A DNA stretch of 64,000 nt from the NCBI GenBank assembly GCA_046760105.1, contig JBHIDJ010000004.1, forward strand, positions 17,285 to 81,284, written 5' to 3'. Position numbers and translations under genes: made by a program. The notes under the pieces were generated by a model, which had not been told where the DNA came from, made no database searches, and was given only the letters and a program-made list of their open reading frames with translations. Positions 1 to 10,682 of the stretch are shown one piece after another (position 1 is the stretch's first letter; every line of letters starts with the position of its first letter). The DNA is from Acidiferrobacterales bacterium. Its GTDB lineage: Bacteria > Pseudomonadota > Gammaproteobacteria > Acidiferrobacterales > SPGG2.

Positions 1-741
1 GAGCATGAATACGACGGCAACGGCGTTGACAGCGGTATTGTTGAAGTAGCCAAAGTTTAAGTCGTGAGTGGAAAAACCACCGATGGCGATGGTGGAGAAG
101 CTGTGGCCGATCGAATCGAATACATTCATGCCCGCCCACCAATAGGCAAGCGCACACGCTACTGTCAGGCCGAGATAGATATACCAGAGGGCTTTAGCGG
201 TTTCGGTGATGCGTGGTGTGAGCTTAGTGTTCTTGATCGGACCAGGCGTTTCGGCGCGATATAGTTGCATACCGCCGACACCCAGCATTGGCATGACCGC
301 GACCGCTAGTACGACGATACCCATGCCACCGAGCCACTGGAGTTGTTGTCGGTAGTAACGGATTGATTCCGGAAGCTGATCGATGCCGTTGACAACAGTC
401 GCGCCCGTTGTCGTCAGGCCGGAAATGGATTCGAAGAATGCGTCCGTGAACATCATGTGTGGGCGTTCGGCGATGACGAACGGAAGGGCGCCGAACAGCG
501 CAAGTAATGCCCAAAACAGCGTGACGATAACGAAACCGTCCCTAACGCGAATATCTCTGCGCTTATGTTGCACGGGCAGCCATAAAGTGAGACCTGTGAT
601 TATGGTGATGCCGAACGCCATGACGAACGCCTTGGTGGCGCCGTCGTTGTAAAACAAGGAGACCACTATCGGTGGCAGGAGCGTAGTGCTGAACATCAGC
701 AGCAACATCCCCATCACGCGGATGACAACAAAAAATTGCAC
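1..741 (-). CDS. trkH: Trk potassium uptake membrane protein TrkH (3' end runs off the window)
   Basis: Manual translation from GTG at 741: MQFFVVIRVMGMLLLMFSTTLLPPIVVSLFYNDG...RDGFVIVTLFW...FESISGLTTTGAT...LQWLGGMGIVVLAVA; directly downstream of trkA. Confidence 0.93.
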   Translation of the reverse strand, partial: MQFFVVIRVMGMLLLMFSTTLLPPIVVSLFYNDGATKAFVMAFGITIITGLTLWLPVQHKRRDIRVRDGFVIVTLFWALLALFGALPFVIAERPHMMFTDAFFESISGLTTTGATVVNGIDQLPESIRYYRQQLQWLGGMGIVVLAVAVMPMLGVGGMQLYRAETPGPIKNTKLTPRITETAKALWYIYLGLTVACALAYWWAGMNVFDSIGHSFSTIAIGGFSTHDLNFGYFNNTAVNAVAVVFML

Positions 742-745
742 GGCG

Positions 746-2125
746 TCAGACGAACTGAAACTCGACCTGAAACAAGCGTTCGACCTCGGGAATATAGCGC
801 TTGTCGACTAGAAACATGATCACATGATCGTTTGGTTGGACCACTGTATCGTGGTGGCAGATAACAACCTTCTTGCGGCGCACGAGAGCACCCATAGTGG
901 TTCCCCGTGGCAGCTTGATATCGCCGATGGCGTGGCCAACTACCCGCGAAGAGGAGGCATCACCATGAGCTACGGCTTCGATCGCCTCCGCCGCTCCGCG
1001 GCGCAACGAATGAACGGCAACGACATCACCGCGCCGGACATGCGCCAGCAGGCTGCCTATGGTGGCGTGCTGCGGCGAAATGGCGATATCGATATTAGCG
1101 CCGCTTTGCACGAGATCGACATAGGCCGGGCTCTTGATCAACGACATGACCTTACCCGCCCCTAGCCGCTTGGCCAACATCGCCGACAGGATATTAGCCT
1201 CATCGTCATTGGTGACGGCGCAGAAGACGTCAGTGTCCTCGATGCCTTCTTTGATCAGGAGCTCTTCGTCGGCGGCATTCCCGAGCAGCACGATGGTCTT
1301 GTTGAGCTCGTCCGCCACCCTGCGCGCTCGGGCGGCGTCGTACTCGATCAACTTTGTCAAATAGCCCTTTTCCTCAAGCGCCATCGCCAGGCGACGCCCG
1401 ATATTGCCACCCCCGGCAAGCATCACCCGCTTCCCAAGCTTGTCCAGCCTGCGCAACTCGCTCATCACTGCTCGTATGTGTTTTCGTGCGGCGATGAAAA
1501 ACACCTCGTCATCTGCCTCAATTACGGTATTGCCTTCCGGGATGATCGCGTGATCACCTCGATATATGGCGGCAACCCGTGCGTCGATGCCAGGTAGGTG
1601 ATCCCCGAGTTCGCGTAACTCATGACCTACTAAAGCGCCGCCGTGTAGCGCTTTGATAGCAACGAGCTCAACGCGCCCGCCGGCAAAATCCAAGACCTGA
1701 AGCGCGCTTGGATATTCGATCAGTCGCTGTATGTAGGCGGCGACAATCTGCTCCGGGCTAATGATCACGTCCACCGGTATGGCGTCCTGTGCAAAGATCT
1801 CGGGATGTGACAAATAGTCACCCGAGCGGATGCGGGCGATCTTGGTCGGGGTGTGAAACAGCGTGTAGGCGACCTGGCAGGCCGTCATATTGGCTTCATC
1901 GCTGTTGGTGACAGCCAGGACCATATCGGCGTCGTCGGCCCCTGCCTGACGCAAGGTCTCCGGGTACGATGCACTGCCTATGACCGTACGGATATCGAGC
2001 CGGTCCTGAAGGTCCTGCAGGCGATTTGCATCGATATCTACGACGGTGACATCGTTGTTCTCGGAGACGAGGTTTTCGGCCACCGATGTGCCGACCTGGC
2101 CAGCGCCCAGGATAACGATCTTCAT
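746..2125 (-). CDS. trkA: Trk potassium transporter NAD-binding subunit TrkA
   Basis: [12 protein letters not shown] and a second GGGNIG Rossmann motif; 459 aa; two RCK modules. Confidence 0.97.
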   Translation of the reverse strand: MKIVILGAGQVGTSVAENLVSENNDVTVVDIDANRLQDLQDRLDIRTVIGSASYPETLRQAGADDADMVLAVTNSDEANMTACQVAYTLFHTPTKIARIRSGDYLSHPEIFAQDAIPVDVIISPEQIVAAYIQRLIEYPSALQVLDFAGGRVELVAIKALHGGALVGHELRELGDHLPGIDARVAAIYRGDHAIIPEGNTVIEADDEVFFIAARKHIRAVMSELRRLDKLGKRVMLAGGGNIGRRLAMALEEKGYLTKLIEYDAARARRVADELNKTIVLLGNAADEELLIKEGIEDTDVFCAVTNDDEANILSAMLAKRLGAGKVMSLIKSPAYVDLVQSGANIDIAISPQHATIGSLLAHVRRGDVVAVHSLRRGAAEAIEAVAHGDASSSRVVGHAIGDIKLPRGTTMGALVRRKKVVICHHDTVVQPNDHVIMFLVDKRYIPEVERLFQVEFQFV

Positions 2126-2153
2126 TGTTAGTTAAGGTTGTAGTTGCAGCTCG

Positions 2154-3521
2154 TTATTTTGTTCTTACTGATTTTGGATCAATTCCGAGGCTTTTGAGCT
2201 TGCGGTAAAGATGGGTCCGTTCCATATCAGCCACGACGGCAAGTTCGCTGACGTTGCCATTGGTGCGCTTCAAATGATATTTCAGATAGGCCCTTTCGAA
2301 TTGATCGCGGGCGGCACGCAGCGGCAAATTAAATGGCGACTCAGTAAGAGTCCCCGCATTTGTACTTTGCATGCCAAGGGCGCCTTCCACTTCTAGCTCG
2401 CTGACCTCAACATCCCGATTCAGTATCAATAGTCGCTGCACCATATTTTTCAACTCGCGCACATTGCCGGGCCACGCGTAGTTGCGTAGATGGTTGATCG
2501 CCGAGGTCGAAAACTTGCGGAAGGGCAGCTGTTCGTGCTCCACCATCCAATCGCGGTAGAAGTTGACGAGCTCGGGCAAGTCGTCGCGATGGTCACGCAG
2601 CGCCGGTATGTGTATAGGTACGACATTCAGGCGGTAATAGAGGTCCTCGCGGAAGTGGCCTTCGCGTACCGCCTTGTCTAGGTCCCAGCTGGTAGTTGAC
2701 ATAATGCGGACGTTTATATCGAAAGCCTCGCTGCCGCCGGTTCGGGTGAAACGGCCTTCCTCAAGCGCTCTGAGCAGATGCGATTGCGCGCCTGCGTCCA
2801 AGTCCGCGATCTCGCGCAACAGCAGGGTGCTCCCTCCCGCCTGCTCAAACGCCCCAGGGAAGACTTCACTACCCTTTTGCTCGCCAAAAAGGTGCGCGCG
2901 GATATCTTTTGACGTCACAGCCGCCAGACTGATCTCGACCAAGCGGCGGTCTCCGCGTGCACTCTTTTGATGTAGATAATGCGCGGCCAACGCCTTGCCA
3001 CTACCCTGCTCGCCCGTGATCAGCACCCAGCTGTCGGTGGCCGCGATACGCTCAAGATCGTCACGCAAACGCTTCATTGCTGGACTTTTTCCAATGAGCA
3101 TAGAGATCAACGGTAGACGGCTGGATAAGCGGTTGCTTTCGTAGGCTTGCCTTGCATTTTCGAGGGCGCGTTCGATCGTTACCAGTAGCTTGCCCATAGA
3201 TAGCGGTTTTTCGACAAAGTCGCAGGCGCCTAGACGCGTGGCCTCGACCGCCGTATCTACCGTACCATGTCCCGACATCATGACCACGGGCACTTCCGGT
3301 GATCCCGATTGCGACCACTCCTTGAGTAGCGATATACCGTCGGTGTCGGGCATCCAGATGTCCAGCAGAACCAGGTCGGGACGCCGGTTCGCATACGCCT
3401 TGCGTGCCGCTGCGGCATCCTTGGCCGTGACGACCTGGTAATCTTCGTCTTCCAGGATTTCCTTAACCAGCCGGCGAATGTCCGGCTCGTCATCCACGAC
3501 GAGAATGTGCTCAGTCGTCAT
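2154..3521 (-). CDS. ntrX: NtrX-like response regulator (receiver, AAA+, Fis-type HTH)
   Basis: ILVVDDE...LLDIWMP receiver; FREDLYYRLNV and WPGNVRELKN; ERTHLYRKLK HTH; canonical GAFTGA absent, as is typical of NtrX. Confidence 0.88.
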   Translation of the reverse strand: MTTEHILVVDDEPDIRRLVKEILEDEDYQVVTAKDAAAARKAYANRRPDLVLLDIWMPDTDGISLLKEWSQSGSPEVPVVMMSGHGTVDTAVEATRLGACDFVEKPLSMGKLLVTIERALENARQAYESNRLSSRLPLISMLIGKSPAMKRLRDDLERIAATDSWVLITGEQGSGKALAAHYLHQKSARGDRRLVEISLAAVTSKDIRAHLFGEQKGSEVFPGAFEQAGGSTLLLREIADLDAGAQSHLLRALEEGRFTRTGGSEAFDINVRIMSTTSWDLDKAVREGHFREDLYYRLNVVPIHIPALRDHRDDLPELVNFYRDWMVEHEQLPFRKFSTSAINHLRNYAWPGNVRELKNMVQRLLILNRDVEVSELEVEGALGMQSTNAGTLTESPFNLPLRAARDQFERAYLKYHLKRTNGNVSELAVVADMERTHLYRKLKSLGIDPKSVRTK

Positions 3522-5779
3522 GCACGTTTCTCCCGCAAAGTGCCTCTCTTCGGGCGGCTGTCGAGACCAGCGGCGTCGCCGACCGGTAGTCGAATCGTGA
3601 CACGCGCCCCGCCACCATCGAGGTTTTCTGCCGCTAGCACGCCGCTATGTTCGTCTACGATCTTTTTCACGATCGCAAGCCCGAGGCCGGTACCCTTTTC
3701 ACGCGTGCTCACATAGGGTTCGAACAGGTGATCAAGCATCGATTCGGCGAATCCCGGCCCATTGTCGTCAATAGTCAGTTGCGCAAACGCGCGCTGCCCG
3801 TCGTCCAACAGCTGCGTGGTGATGTGGACAACGGGTCTTTCGTGTGAGGCCAGCGCTTCGCGCGCATTGAGTAATAAATTGTGCAACACCTGCCGCAATT
3901 GTCCGGGGTCGGCGTTAATGGCCGGCAATCCGGGATCAAGATCGAGCTCGATCGTAACCAGTTTAGACTGAACAAGCTGTCGGATCGGCGACTGGTACAG
4001 TTCCGCCACGTCACGGATCAGATCGTTGAGATCCATCGGACGTACCTCCATTTGTACCGGGCGCGCGTAATCCGAAAACGCGTTCACCATAGACTTCAAG
4101 GCTTCCACTTGCTCGACAATCGTGTGCGTTGCGCGGTCCAGGGTCATTTGTTCCGTGTCGCCCAGCGAGGCCATGCATTTGTGGCGAATCCGTTCGGCCG
4201 AGAGCTGTATGGGCGTAAGCGGATTTTTGATCTCGTGTGCCAAACGGCGTGCCACTTCGCGCCAGGCGGCGTCGCGCTCGGCTTGGATCAAGGTGGTGAC
4301 GTCGTCAAACACGACGACGTAACCACCCTTTTTTGTACGCAAGCCTGGCAATTTTGTGCCCCGTAACAGCAGGGTTCGCTTTCCATGCTGGCCCGGTAAG
4401 GTGATCTCCTTTTGCCACTCGCTTTGTCCCTGCTCGGTGCCGTCGCGTATTGCCTGACAGAAATCGCTGAGCTCCGGGTGCGATTTGGCGATCCGCAGCA
4501 ATGATTTGCCCTCACTCGGTTCCAAATCCACCCGCAATATATGAATAGCGGCTGCGTTGTAGGTCCGTAAACAGTTTCGTTGGTCAAAAGACAGTACGCC
4601 TGAGGAGAGATGCGTCAGTACCGTCTCCAGGTACGTGCGTTGCATCTCGGCCTCCGCCTGGCTGCGCTTTATTTCATTCTGTGCATCGTGGATTTTGCGT
4701 GTCATGTCGTTAAACGACTTGATCAGGATTCCGAATTCATCTTTGCCCTGCACGGGCAGTTGCTTACGGTAGTCGCCTTGGGCGACGGCACGGGTACCGG
4801 CAGCGAGGTCGCGTATGGGCGCGGCCAATCGCCGGGCGGAGAAGATCGCGGCCCAAACAGAAATCAACAAAGTCAGCAGCGTCACCAGGCCTAAGGTCAG
4901 CGTGAACCCGAACTTCAACGGGCCGCGCAGATACACGAGCTTTTCGTATTCAGCAAACGCCGCTTGCACGCTCTGACCGAGTTCTGCATAACGCGTGGGG
5001 AGCGGTTGCAGCAGTTGCAAAATACGGATCGGTGAACCGACTTCGCGCGAATAGACGGGTACCACAATACGCAGTTGCAAGTCGGTTTTGCCGATCGGAT
5101 CGAGGTTCGCGTACAGCTGGCCCTGGCGGATCTGTGACAGAATTGTTTCACTCGGTTGGTTCGGTATCAACGTTCCCGCCCCCGGTCCCACGTCGCTGCT
5201 AGAGGCAATAATGCCCCCGTTTTGGGAAAACAAGGTGAGTTCGGAAATGTCGTGTTTCTCGCGGAGAAAATTGAGTGTCGATATAATCAGTTTGTTTGGA
5301 GTATCTTCCAGCTCCATCGCCATTTCTTGTCCAGTCTTGACTAAATCCCGTTTTATTGCGTCGAATGCTGTGCGCCCGACAAGCAACGCATGGTCCAGAG
5401 CCTTGCCTGTTTTTACGTCGAACCAACTGTCGATACCTCTGTTAACAGCCTGCAGCGAGAAGACCAACACGATGGATACCGGTATCAGCGTTAGCAACAC
5501 GAACATGCCGAGCAGCCGCAGCGTCAAACGCGAGCCCATTACCCGTGCTCGCAATTGCAACGCCAGACGGTAAAGATTTACCATAATGAGGCCGAGCAGC
5601 AGAATAACGCCGAAGATATTTACTACCAGCAAGACGTAATACAGCCGTCCGGACCATGCGGTGTTCTGGCTGGCCACATTCATCGCAAACAGTGCGAGCA
5701 GCAGCAGCACCGACAGCACTGCCAGCGGTGCGATGCCAGTGGTGTAGCGTATTACGGTTGCACGTTCCATTCCGTCCAT
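3518..5779 (-). CDS. ntrY: NtrY-like PAS/HAMP sensor histidine kinase
   Basis: AWREVARRLAHEIKNPLTPIQLSAER H-box; DNGPG and GTGLGL ATPase motifs; N-terminal TM segments. Confidence 0.92.
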   Translation of the reverse strand: MDGMERATVIRYTTGIAPLAVLSVLLLLALFAMNVASQNTAWSGRLYYVLLVVNIFGVILLLGLIMVNLYRLALQLRARVMGSRLTLRLLGMFVLLTLIPVSIVLVFSLQAVNRGIDSWFDVKTGKALDHALLVGRTAFDAIKRDLVKTGQEMAMELEDTPNKLIISTLNFLREKHDISELTLFSQNGGIIASSSDVGPGAGTLIPNQPSETILSQIRQGQLYANLDPIGKTDLQLRIVVPVYSREVGSPIRILQLLQPLPTRYAELGQSVQAAFAEYEKLVYLRGPLKFGFTLTLGLVTLLTLLISVWAAIFSARRLAAPIRDLAAGTRAVAQGDYRKQLPVQGKDEFGILIKSFNDMTRKIHDAQNEIKRSQAEAEMQRTYLETVLTHLSSGVLSFDQRNCLRTYNAAAIHILRVDLEPSEGKSLLRIAKSHPELSDFCQAIRDGTEQGQSEWQKEITLPGQHGKRTLLLRGTKLPGLRTKKGGYVVVFDDVTTLIQAERDAAWREVARRLAHEIKNPLTPIQLSAERIRHKCMASLGDTEQMTLDRATHTIVEQVEALKSMVNAFSDYARPVQMEVRPMDLNDLIRDVAELYQSPIRQLVQSKLVTIELDLDPGLPAINADPGQLRQVLHNLLLNAREALASHERPVVHITTQLLDDGQRAFAQLTIDDNGPGFAESMLDHLFEPYVSTREKGTGLGLAIVKKIVDEHSGVLAAENLDGGGARVTIRLPVGDAAGLDSRPKRGTLREKRA

Positions 5780-6321
5780 CCACTACTCAGTTGCCAGGCG
5801 AGCGAGGTGTACGCGACTGGCCGCAACGGCGCCGGCAACGACTCGATATCGAGGCTCGCGCGCACACGTATGTAATATGCGCGCTCACCTGTTAATTGGC
5901 TTTCTAGCGGAAGTCTTAATTCGTTGAGAGACCCCATGTCCACAAGCGCCGCCTGCATGGAGGTGAAACTTTCAATGGCATCTGGATCGGACCCGTGTCC
6001 TACGACCAAATACTGGCGTGACAGGGCATGGTAACTGATCTTGCGGCGTAATACCCAATTCTGGATGCGTCGATCCCAAAGGATCGGCCGTCTGCGATAC
6101 AGCTTAACGCCAATCGTAATCTCGATGGGAATGCCTTTGCTCAGCGCCTCCTGTACCTTGGCGGTCAGACCTAGATCAAGCGTGCCCGAGAGCAGGAGCG
6201 CTCGATCTGTAACACGCGGCGAGACCTGTGCGATTTCAAAATCGGCCTTAGTGCCGACAACGAATAGGGCTGAGGAAACTATTGTCACCGCTAACCAGTT
6301 ACGCCTTCTGTAGGCACGCAT
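5752..6321 (-). CDS. DUF4390 domain exported protein
   Basis: Conserved position between rsmB and ntrY; YHALSRQY and LDIESLPAPLRP motifs; start reset to MRAYRRR (signal peptide). Confidence 0.8.
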   Translation of the reverse strand: MRAYRRRNWLAVTIVSSALFVVGTKADFEIAQVSPRVTDRALLLSGTLDLGLTAKVQEALSKGIPIEITIGVKLYRRRPILWDRRIQNWVLRRKISYHALSRQYLVVGHGSDPDAIESFTSMQAALVDMGSLNELRLPLESQLTGERAYYIRVRASLDIESLPAPLRPVAYTSLAWQLSSGWTEWNVQP

Positions 6322-7654
6322 AGTAAAACCCGTCCATGTCCCGCTCTCCTGGCAAGATCTGTATGCCCACACGTCGTGGCACCCCCCAGGCTAGCGACAA
6401 CCCCACGACGTCGGTATCGCCGTGGCGCACAATGAAATCGTCCACTTGGTTCTCGTTTTCGTTCGGGAAAATCGAGCAGGTCACGTACAACAGCTTACCG
6501 CCGCTGGTCAATAAGGGCCACAAGCTCTCGAGAATACGTGCCTGCGTGCTCACCAATTTACGCACGTCTGCCAGTGTACGGTGCACCTTAATGTCGGGGT
6601 GTCGTCGTATCACGCCGCTGGACGAACAGGGTGCGTCCAGCAGGATGCGATCAAAGCGTTCGCCATTCCACCAGTCCGCTGGATTTGCCGCATTACCGAG
6701 GGTTACATCGGCAGTCAGCCGCAAACGCGCTAGATTATCTTGTATCATCGGCAGTCGTGCGGGTTCCTTGTCTAATGCAACGACGTGCCCCAACCCCCGG
6801 CAGTGCTCTAAGATATGACACAGCTTGCCGCCGGGCGCCGCACACGCATCGAGCACATGCTGGCCGGGTTGCACGTCCAAGAGCACCGTCGCCAGTTGCG
6901 CAGCCGCGTCCTGGACCGAAACACATCCTTCACTGAAACCCGGTAGCTTTGTGACCGGCACTGGTTCTTCAAGTACGACACCGCAGTCGGTCTCTTCGAT
7001 GATCGCAGCCGCCAGCCCATGTTTGTGCACTCGTGCTACATAGTCTGCGCGCGTGTTCCTGTGCAGATTGACCCGCAAAGTCATTGGTCCTCGCTGGTTA
7101 TTGGCGTCCAGAATCGCGCGCCATCGATGCGGCCAGGCGTCCCGGATTTCGTCTAATAACCACTGGGGGTGACTCGTTGCGACCCCAGGGTCTTGGCGGA
7201 TCTCTTTTAAAAGCACGTCTCGCTCGCGCAAGAATGTGCGCAGACTGGCGTTCAACAGCCCCTTCGACCAGGCTTTGCCCAGGCACTGTGCTGACGCCAC
7301 TGTTTCCGACACCGCTGCATGGTTGGGCACGCGCATATATATCAGTTGATAGAGCCCGACGAGCAGCAACGCATGCACATCCTGATCCTTGGGCGGCAAG
7401 GGGCGTTTGAGCAGTCGCGCCGTGATCGCCTGCAGCTGTGTCGCCCAGCGCAATGCTCCGTATGCCATCTCCTGAACGAGGGCAGCGGGGACGTCTTCGC
7501 GCGCATGTGCCAACGCCGGTTCAAGCGCTGCATCCAAGAGACGACCGTGACGCAGCACCTGATCGATCACCCGTGCCGCCGTCGCGCGCGCCTGGGCACC
7601 TGCCAGTTGCAGACCCGTTACAGTGCGCGTTTCATGTTGAGGGTGCTGGGTCAT
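6299..7654 (-). CDS. rsmB: 16S rRNA m5C967 methyltransferase RsmB
   Basis: NusB-like N-terminus; VLDACAAPGGK, ILLDAPCS and YVTCS motifs. Confidence 0.96.
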   Translation of the reverse strand: MTQHPQHETRTVTGLQLAGAQARATAARVIDQVLRHGRLLDAALEPALAHAREDVPAALVQEMAYGALRWATQLQAITARLLKRPLPPKDQDVHALLLVGLYQLIYMRVPNHAAVSETVASAQCLGKAWSKGLLNASLRTFLRERDVLLKEIRQDPGVATSHPQWLLDEIRDAWPHRWRAILDANNQRGPMTLRVNLHRNTRADYVARVHKHGLAAAIIEETDCGVVLEEPVPVTKLPGFSEGCVSVQDAAAQLATVLLDVQPGQHVLDACAAPGGKLCHILEHCRGLGHVVALDKEPARLPMIQDNLARLRLTADVTLGNAANPADWWNGERFDRILLDAPCSSSGVIRRHPDIKVHRTLADVRKLVSTQARILESLWPLLTSGGKLLYVTCSIFPNENENQVDDFIVRHGDTDVVGLSLAWGVPRRVGIQILPGERDMDGFYYACLQKA

Positions 7655-8589
7655 AGTAGTTGCTCACCGGGACGCACGTGTTGACCATTGATGAATGCAT
7701 CTGCCGCCATCGGTTTGCCGCCCTCGAGCTGCAGACGCCGAATCGGCAGGATGCCATCTCCCGTCATGACGCAGATGGCATCCGGCTGAGCCGCTACCAC
7801 GGTGCCGGGCGCTATTTCCTCCGTCGGCGTTGCTGTCTCAACAACTCCCGGCACCCACAGGCGTACTAGCCGATCCCGGAACCGCGTGTGAGCCACCGGC
7901 CACGGGTTAAAGGCGCGAATTTTGCGGTGAAGTGTTACCGCGGGTTCCGTCCAGTCGAGTTTCCCCTCTTGCTTACGCACCTTGGGCGCATAGCAGGCCT
8001 TGGCTTCGTCTTGCGGCTGCGGTTTAACTTCGCCCTGGATCAGGCGCTCCAGGGTGGCTAGCAGGAGGTCTGCGCCCACTTCAGTGAGTCGATCATGCAG
8101 CGTCTGCGCATTATCGTCTTCCTGAATATTGAGCTCGGTCTGTGCGAGGATATCACCCGTGTCTAGACCTTCGTCCATCTGCATGATGGTGATGCCGGTG
8201 GCGCGGTCACCGGCCTCGATCGCCCGGGGGATCGGTGCGCCGCCGCGCCAGCGCGGCAACAATGAAGCGTGAACGTTTATACATCCATAGTCGGCAAGCT
8301 CCAGGAGCGCCTTCGGTAAAATCAGGCCATAGGCGGCGACCACCAGCAAGTCAGGCTGTAAATCCGCGAGTGCTGAGACGACGTCCGGCGTAAGGCGCTC
8401 TGGCTGGTAGACCGGTAAGCCCATGTCCAGCGCGAACTGTTTGACGGCGCTGCTTCTCGGTCGTCGGCCGCGCCCGGCAGGGCGATCTGGTTGCGTATAG
8501 ACAGCGCGCAGCCGATAGCGATCCGAGTCATGGAGCGCGCGCAACGGCGGTACAGCAAACGCTGGCGTACCGGCAAAGACTATGTTCAC
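7651..8589 (-). CDS. fmt: Methionyl-tRNA formyltransferase
   Basis: FAGTPAFA, TQPDRPAGRG, INVHASLLPRWRG. Confidence 0.97.
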   Translation of the reverse strand: MNIVFAGTPAFAVPPLRALHDSDRYRLRAVYTQPDRPAGRGRRPRSSAVKQFALDMGLPVYQPERLTPDVVSALADLQPDLLVVAAYGLILPKALLELADYGCINVHASLLPRWRGGAPIPRAIEAGDRATGITIMQMDEGLDTGDILAQTELNIQEDDNAQTLHDRLTEVGADLLLATLERLIQGEVKPQPQDEAKACYAPKVRKQEGKLDWTEPAVTLHRKIRAFNPWPVAHTRFRDRLVRLWVPGVVETATPTEEIAPGTVVAAQPDAICVMTGDGILPIRRLQLEGGKPMAADAFINGQHVRPGEQLL

Positions 8590-8653
8590 GGTTGGCCCCT
8601 AAATATCTGCTGCCAGGCCTAACGACAGTGGTTGTAACACGAGAATCAATGCG

Positions 8654-8702
8654 AGCAAAAAGCAAGTAGCGAATTTTGCGTTGCTTTCTTGCTTCTCGTT
8701 AG
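8654..8702. repeat. Degenerate 7-bp tandem repeats in inverted arrangement (agcaaaa/agcaagt/agcgaat ... ttgcttt/ttgcttc)
   Basis: Read directly in the def-fmt intergenic region. Confidence 0.45.
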
Positions 8703-8770
8703 TTGGCACGGCCCATCTTTACTGATGGTTGGACACCCCCGGTGAGGAACGCGGAGTGGCGCGAAGTATG

Positions 8771-9274
8771 CTACATCGCCAGGCGCTGCTGTTTTTCAAG
8801 CTTCTTGCGTACACGCTGCTGTTTGAGCCGCGACAGATAATCCACGAACAATTTGCCCTCGAGGTGATCAGTCTCGTGCTGGATACACGTTGCGAGCAAT
8901 CCCGTTGTCTCCAGCTCGAAGGTGCGCCCATCGCGGTCGAGTGCACGCACTTTGATGCGCTCGGCGCGCGTCACATTGTCGTAGATCCCAGGAACCGAAA
9001 GGCAACCTTCTTCCAGGGTTTGTTCGCCTTTGCGAAGAAAGATCTCGGGATTGATGAAGACACGTAGATCGTTCCTCTCTTCCGACGCGTCGATTAAGAT
9101 GATGCGCTTCAAGACGTCGATTTGCGGGGCGGCCAGACCGATGCCAGGGGCGGCATACATGGTCTCGGCCATGTCATCGATCAGCGCCCGTATTTCGTCG
9201 TCCACGCGTTCCACCGGCTCCGCCTTGCGACGCAGTCGTGGATCCGGGTAGTGCAAGATCTTACGTACAGCCAC
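8771..9274 (-). CDS. def: Peptide deformylase
   Basis: [13 protein letters not shown] and QHETDHL motifs. Confidence 0.97.
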   Translation of the reverse strand: MAVRKILHYPDPRLRRKAEPVERVDDEIRALIDDMAETMYAAPGIGLAAPQIDVLKRIILIDASEERNDLRVFINPEIFLRKGEQTLEEGCLSVPGIYDNVTRAERIKVRALDRDGRTFELETTGLLATCIQHETDHLEGKLFVDYLSRLKQQRVRKKLEKQQRLAM

Positions 9275-9451
9275 GATTGAACCCCTTTAGACCGTCTGTT
9301 GAGCCCCTTGGTTTTCCTTGCTATCAAATTGGTTTACTATTGATTCAGATGTCCTTGAATAACAAGAAGATTTTCTCGATAAGACGCGTGGCGCGACCGG
9401 TGATCATCGACTACACTCAACGACAATGATTATAAAGGTAAATAAAGGAAT

Positions 9452-10636
9452 ATGTCAGGATTCCGGACACTTGTAACTGCCTCAACCGTCGCCGCTTGTG
9501 TCGCCGTATCCGGTCTCAGCCTTGGGCAAACCGAGCAGGTCGAAGTGATTGAGAGCGGTGACATTGTTCAACTCAGGCCCGATCACCCCACCCGTTATAC
9601 GGTGGTCAAGGGCGACACGCTTTGGGACATCGCGATTCGTTTTCTGCAGAGCCCTTGGCATTGGGCGAAGATTTGGAAGATCAACGAGCAGATCGCAAAC
9701 CCCCATTTGATTTATCCGGGCGACGTGATCGTTCTGCGCTTCGTGGAAGGCCGGCCTGAACTAACCGTGGTTGAACGCCCTGGTATGCCAGCACCTGTGC
9801 CAGCACCGGAAGCGCTACCCGAGGGTGAGCTGCCGTTGCGCGAAACCGAACGCGCGGTAGTGGAGGAATTCGAAGGCGTTGAGGGGGCGCCACGAGGTCG
9901 AGTAACAAAGCTCTCGCCCAGGGTTATCAGCAAGCCCCTGGCACAGCCAATCCCTACGATTTCGCCCGAGATCATCTTGCCGTTCTTAACCAAGCCGCTG
10001 GTGGTCGACGATAGCGAGCTGGCGAAGGCCGGCTATGTGACCATCGGTTTGGATAGCCGCATCGCGTTAGGCGACAACAGTGAGTTCTATGCGCGCGGGC
10101 TAGCGGAGATCGACACTGAGTTTTTCCACCTGTATCGCAAGGGTCAGGCCATCAAAGACCCGGACACCAAGAAGCGCCTGGGGTTTGAGGCGATTTACTT
10201 GGGGGACGCCAAGGTACTGGAGCCCGGTGATCCATCTAAGCTGGTGGTGACGCGGGTGAAACAGGAGATCTTGCCTCGCGATAACCTGCTGCTGGCCCCC
10301 GCAAGAGCGCCGTTGCCCTACTATTTTCCGCATGCGCCTGAGATCAAGGTGAGCGGGCGCATATTGACCGCGCTTGAGGCGGTGTCGGAGATGGGTCCAT
10401 TTACCATCGTGAGTGTCAACCTCGGCCGCGAGGATGGCATTGAGGAGGGGCACGTATTGCGGGTGATGCGTCACGCCGGTAAGCATCGTGATCCTGTGAC
10501 GCGCAAGAAGTACAAGCTGCCGGACGAGGAATCTGGCTTCATGATGGTGTTTCGGACCTTTGATGAGGTGAGTTACGGTTTGGTTATTAACGCCACGCGG
10601 CCGATCCATCTTCTGGACGCCGTCGTAACACCCTAA
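9452..10636 (+). CDS. LysM peptidoglycan-binding protein (TsaP-like, type IV pilus secretin-associated)
   Basis: Signal peptide; YTVVKGDTLWDIA...NPHLIYPGD LysM; conserved def/LysM/dprA context. Confidence 0.85.
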   Translation: MSGFRTLVTASTVAACVAVSGLSLGQTEQVEVIESGDIVQLRPDHPTRYTVVKGDTLWDIAIRFLQSPWHWAKIWKINEQIANPHLIYPGDVIVLRFVEGRPELTVVERPGMPAPVPAPEALPEGELPLRETERAVVEEFEGVEGAPRGRVTKLSPRVISKPLAQPIPTISPEIILPFLTKPLVVDDSELAKAGYVTIGLDSRIALGDNSEFYARGLAEIDTEFFHLYRKGQAIKDPDTKKRLGFEAIYLGDAKVLEPGDPSKLVVTRVKQEILPRDNLLLAPARAPLPYYFPHAPEIKVSGRILTALEAVSEMGPFTIVSVNLGREDGIEEGHVLRVMRHAGKHRDPVTRKKYKLPDEESGFMMVFRTFDEVSYGLVINATRPIHLLDAVVTP

Positions 10637-10682
10637 AAACGGTTGCAGAACCAGCGCGCGGCCGCAGCTAGCGACTGACGAC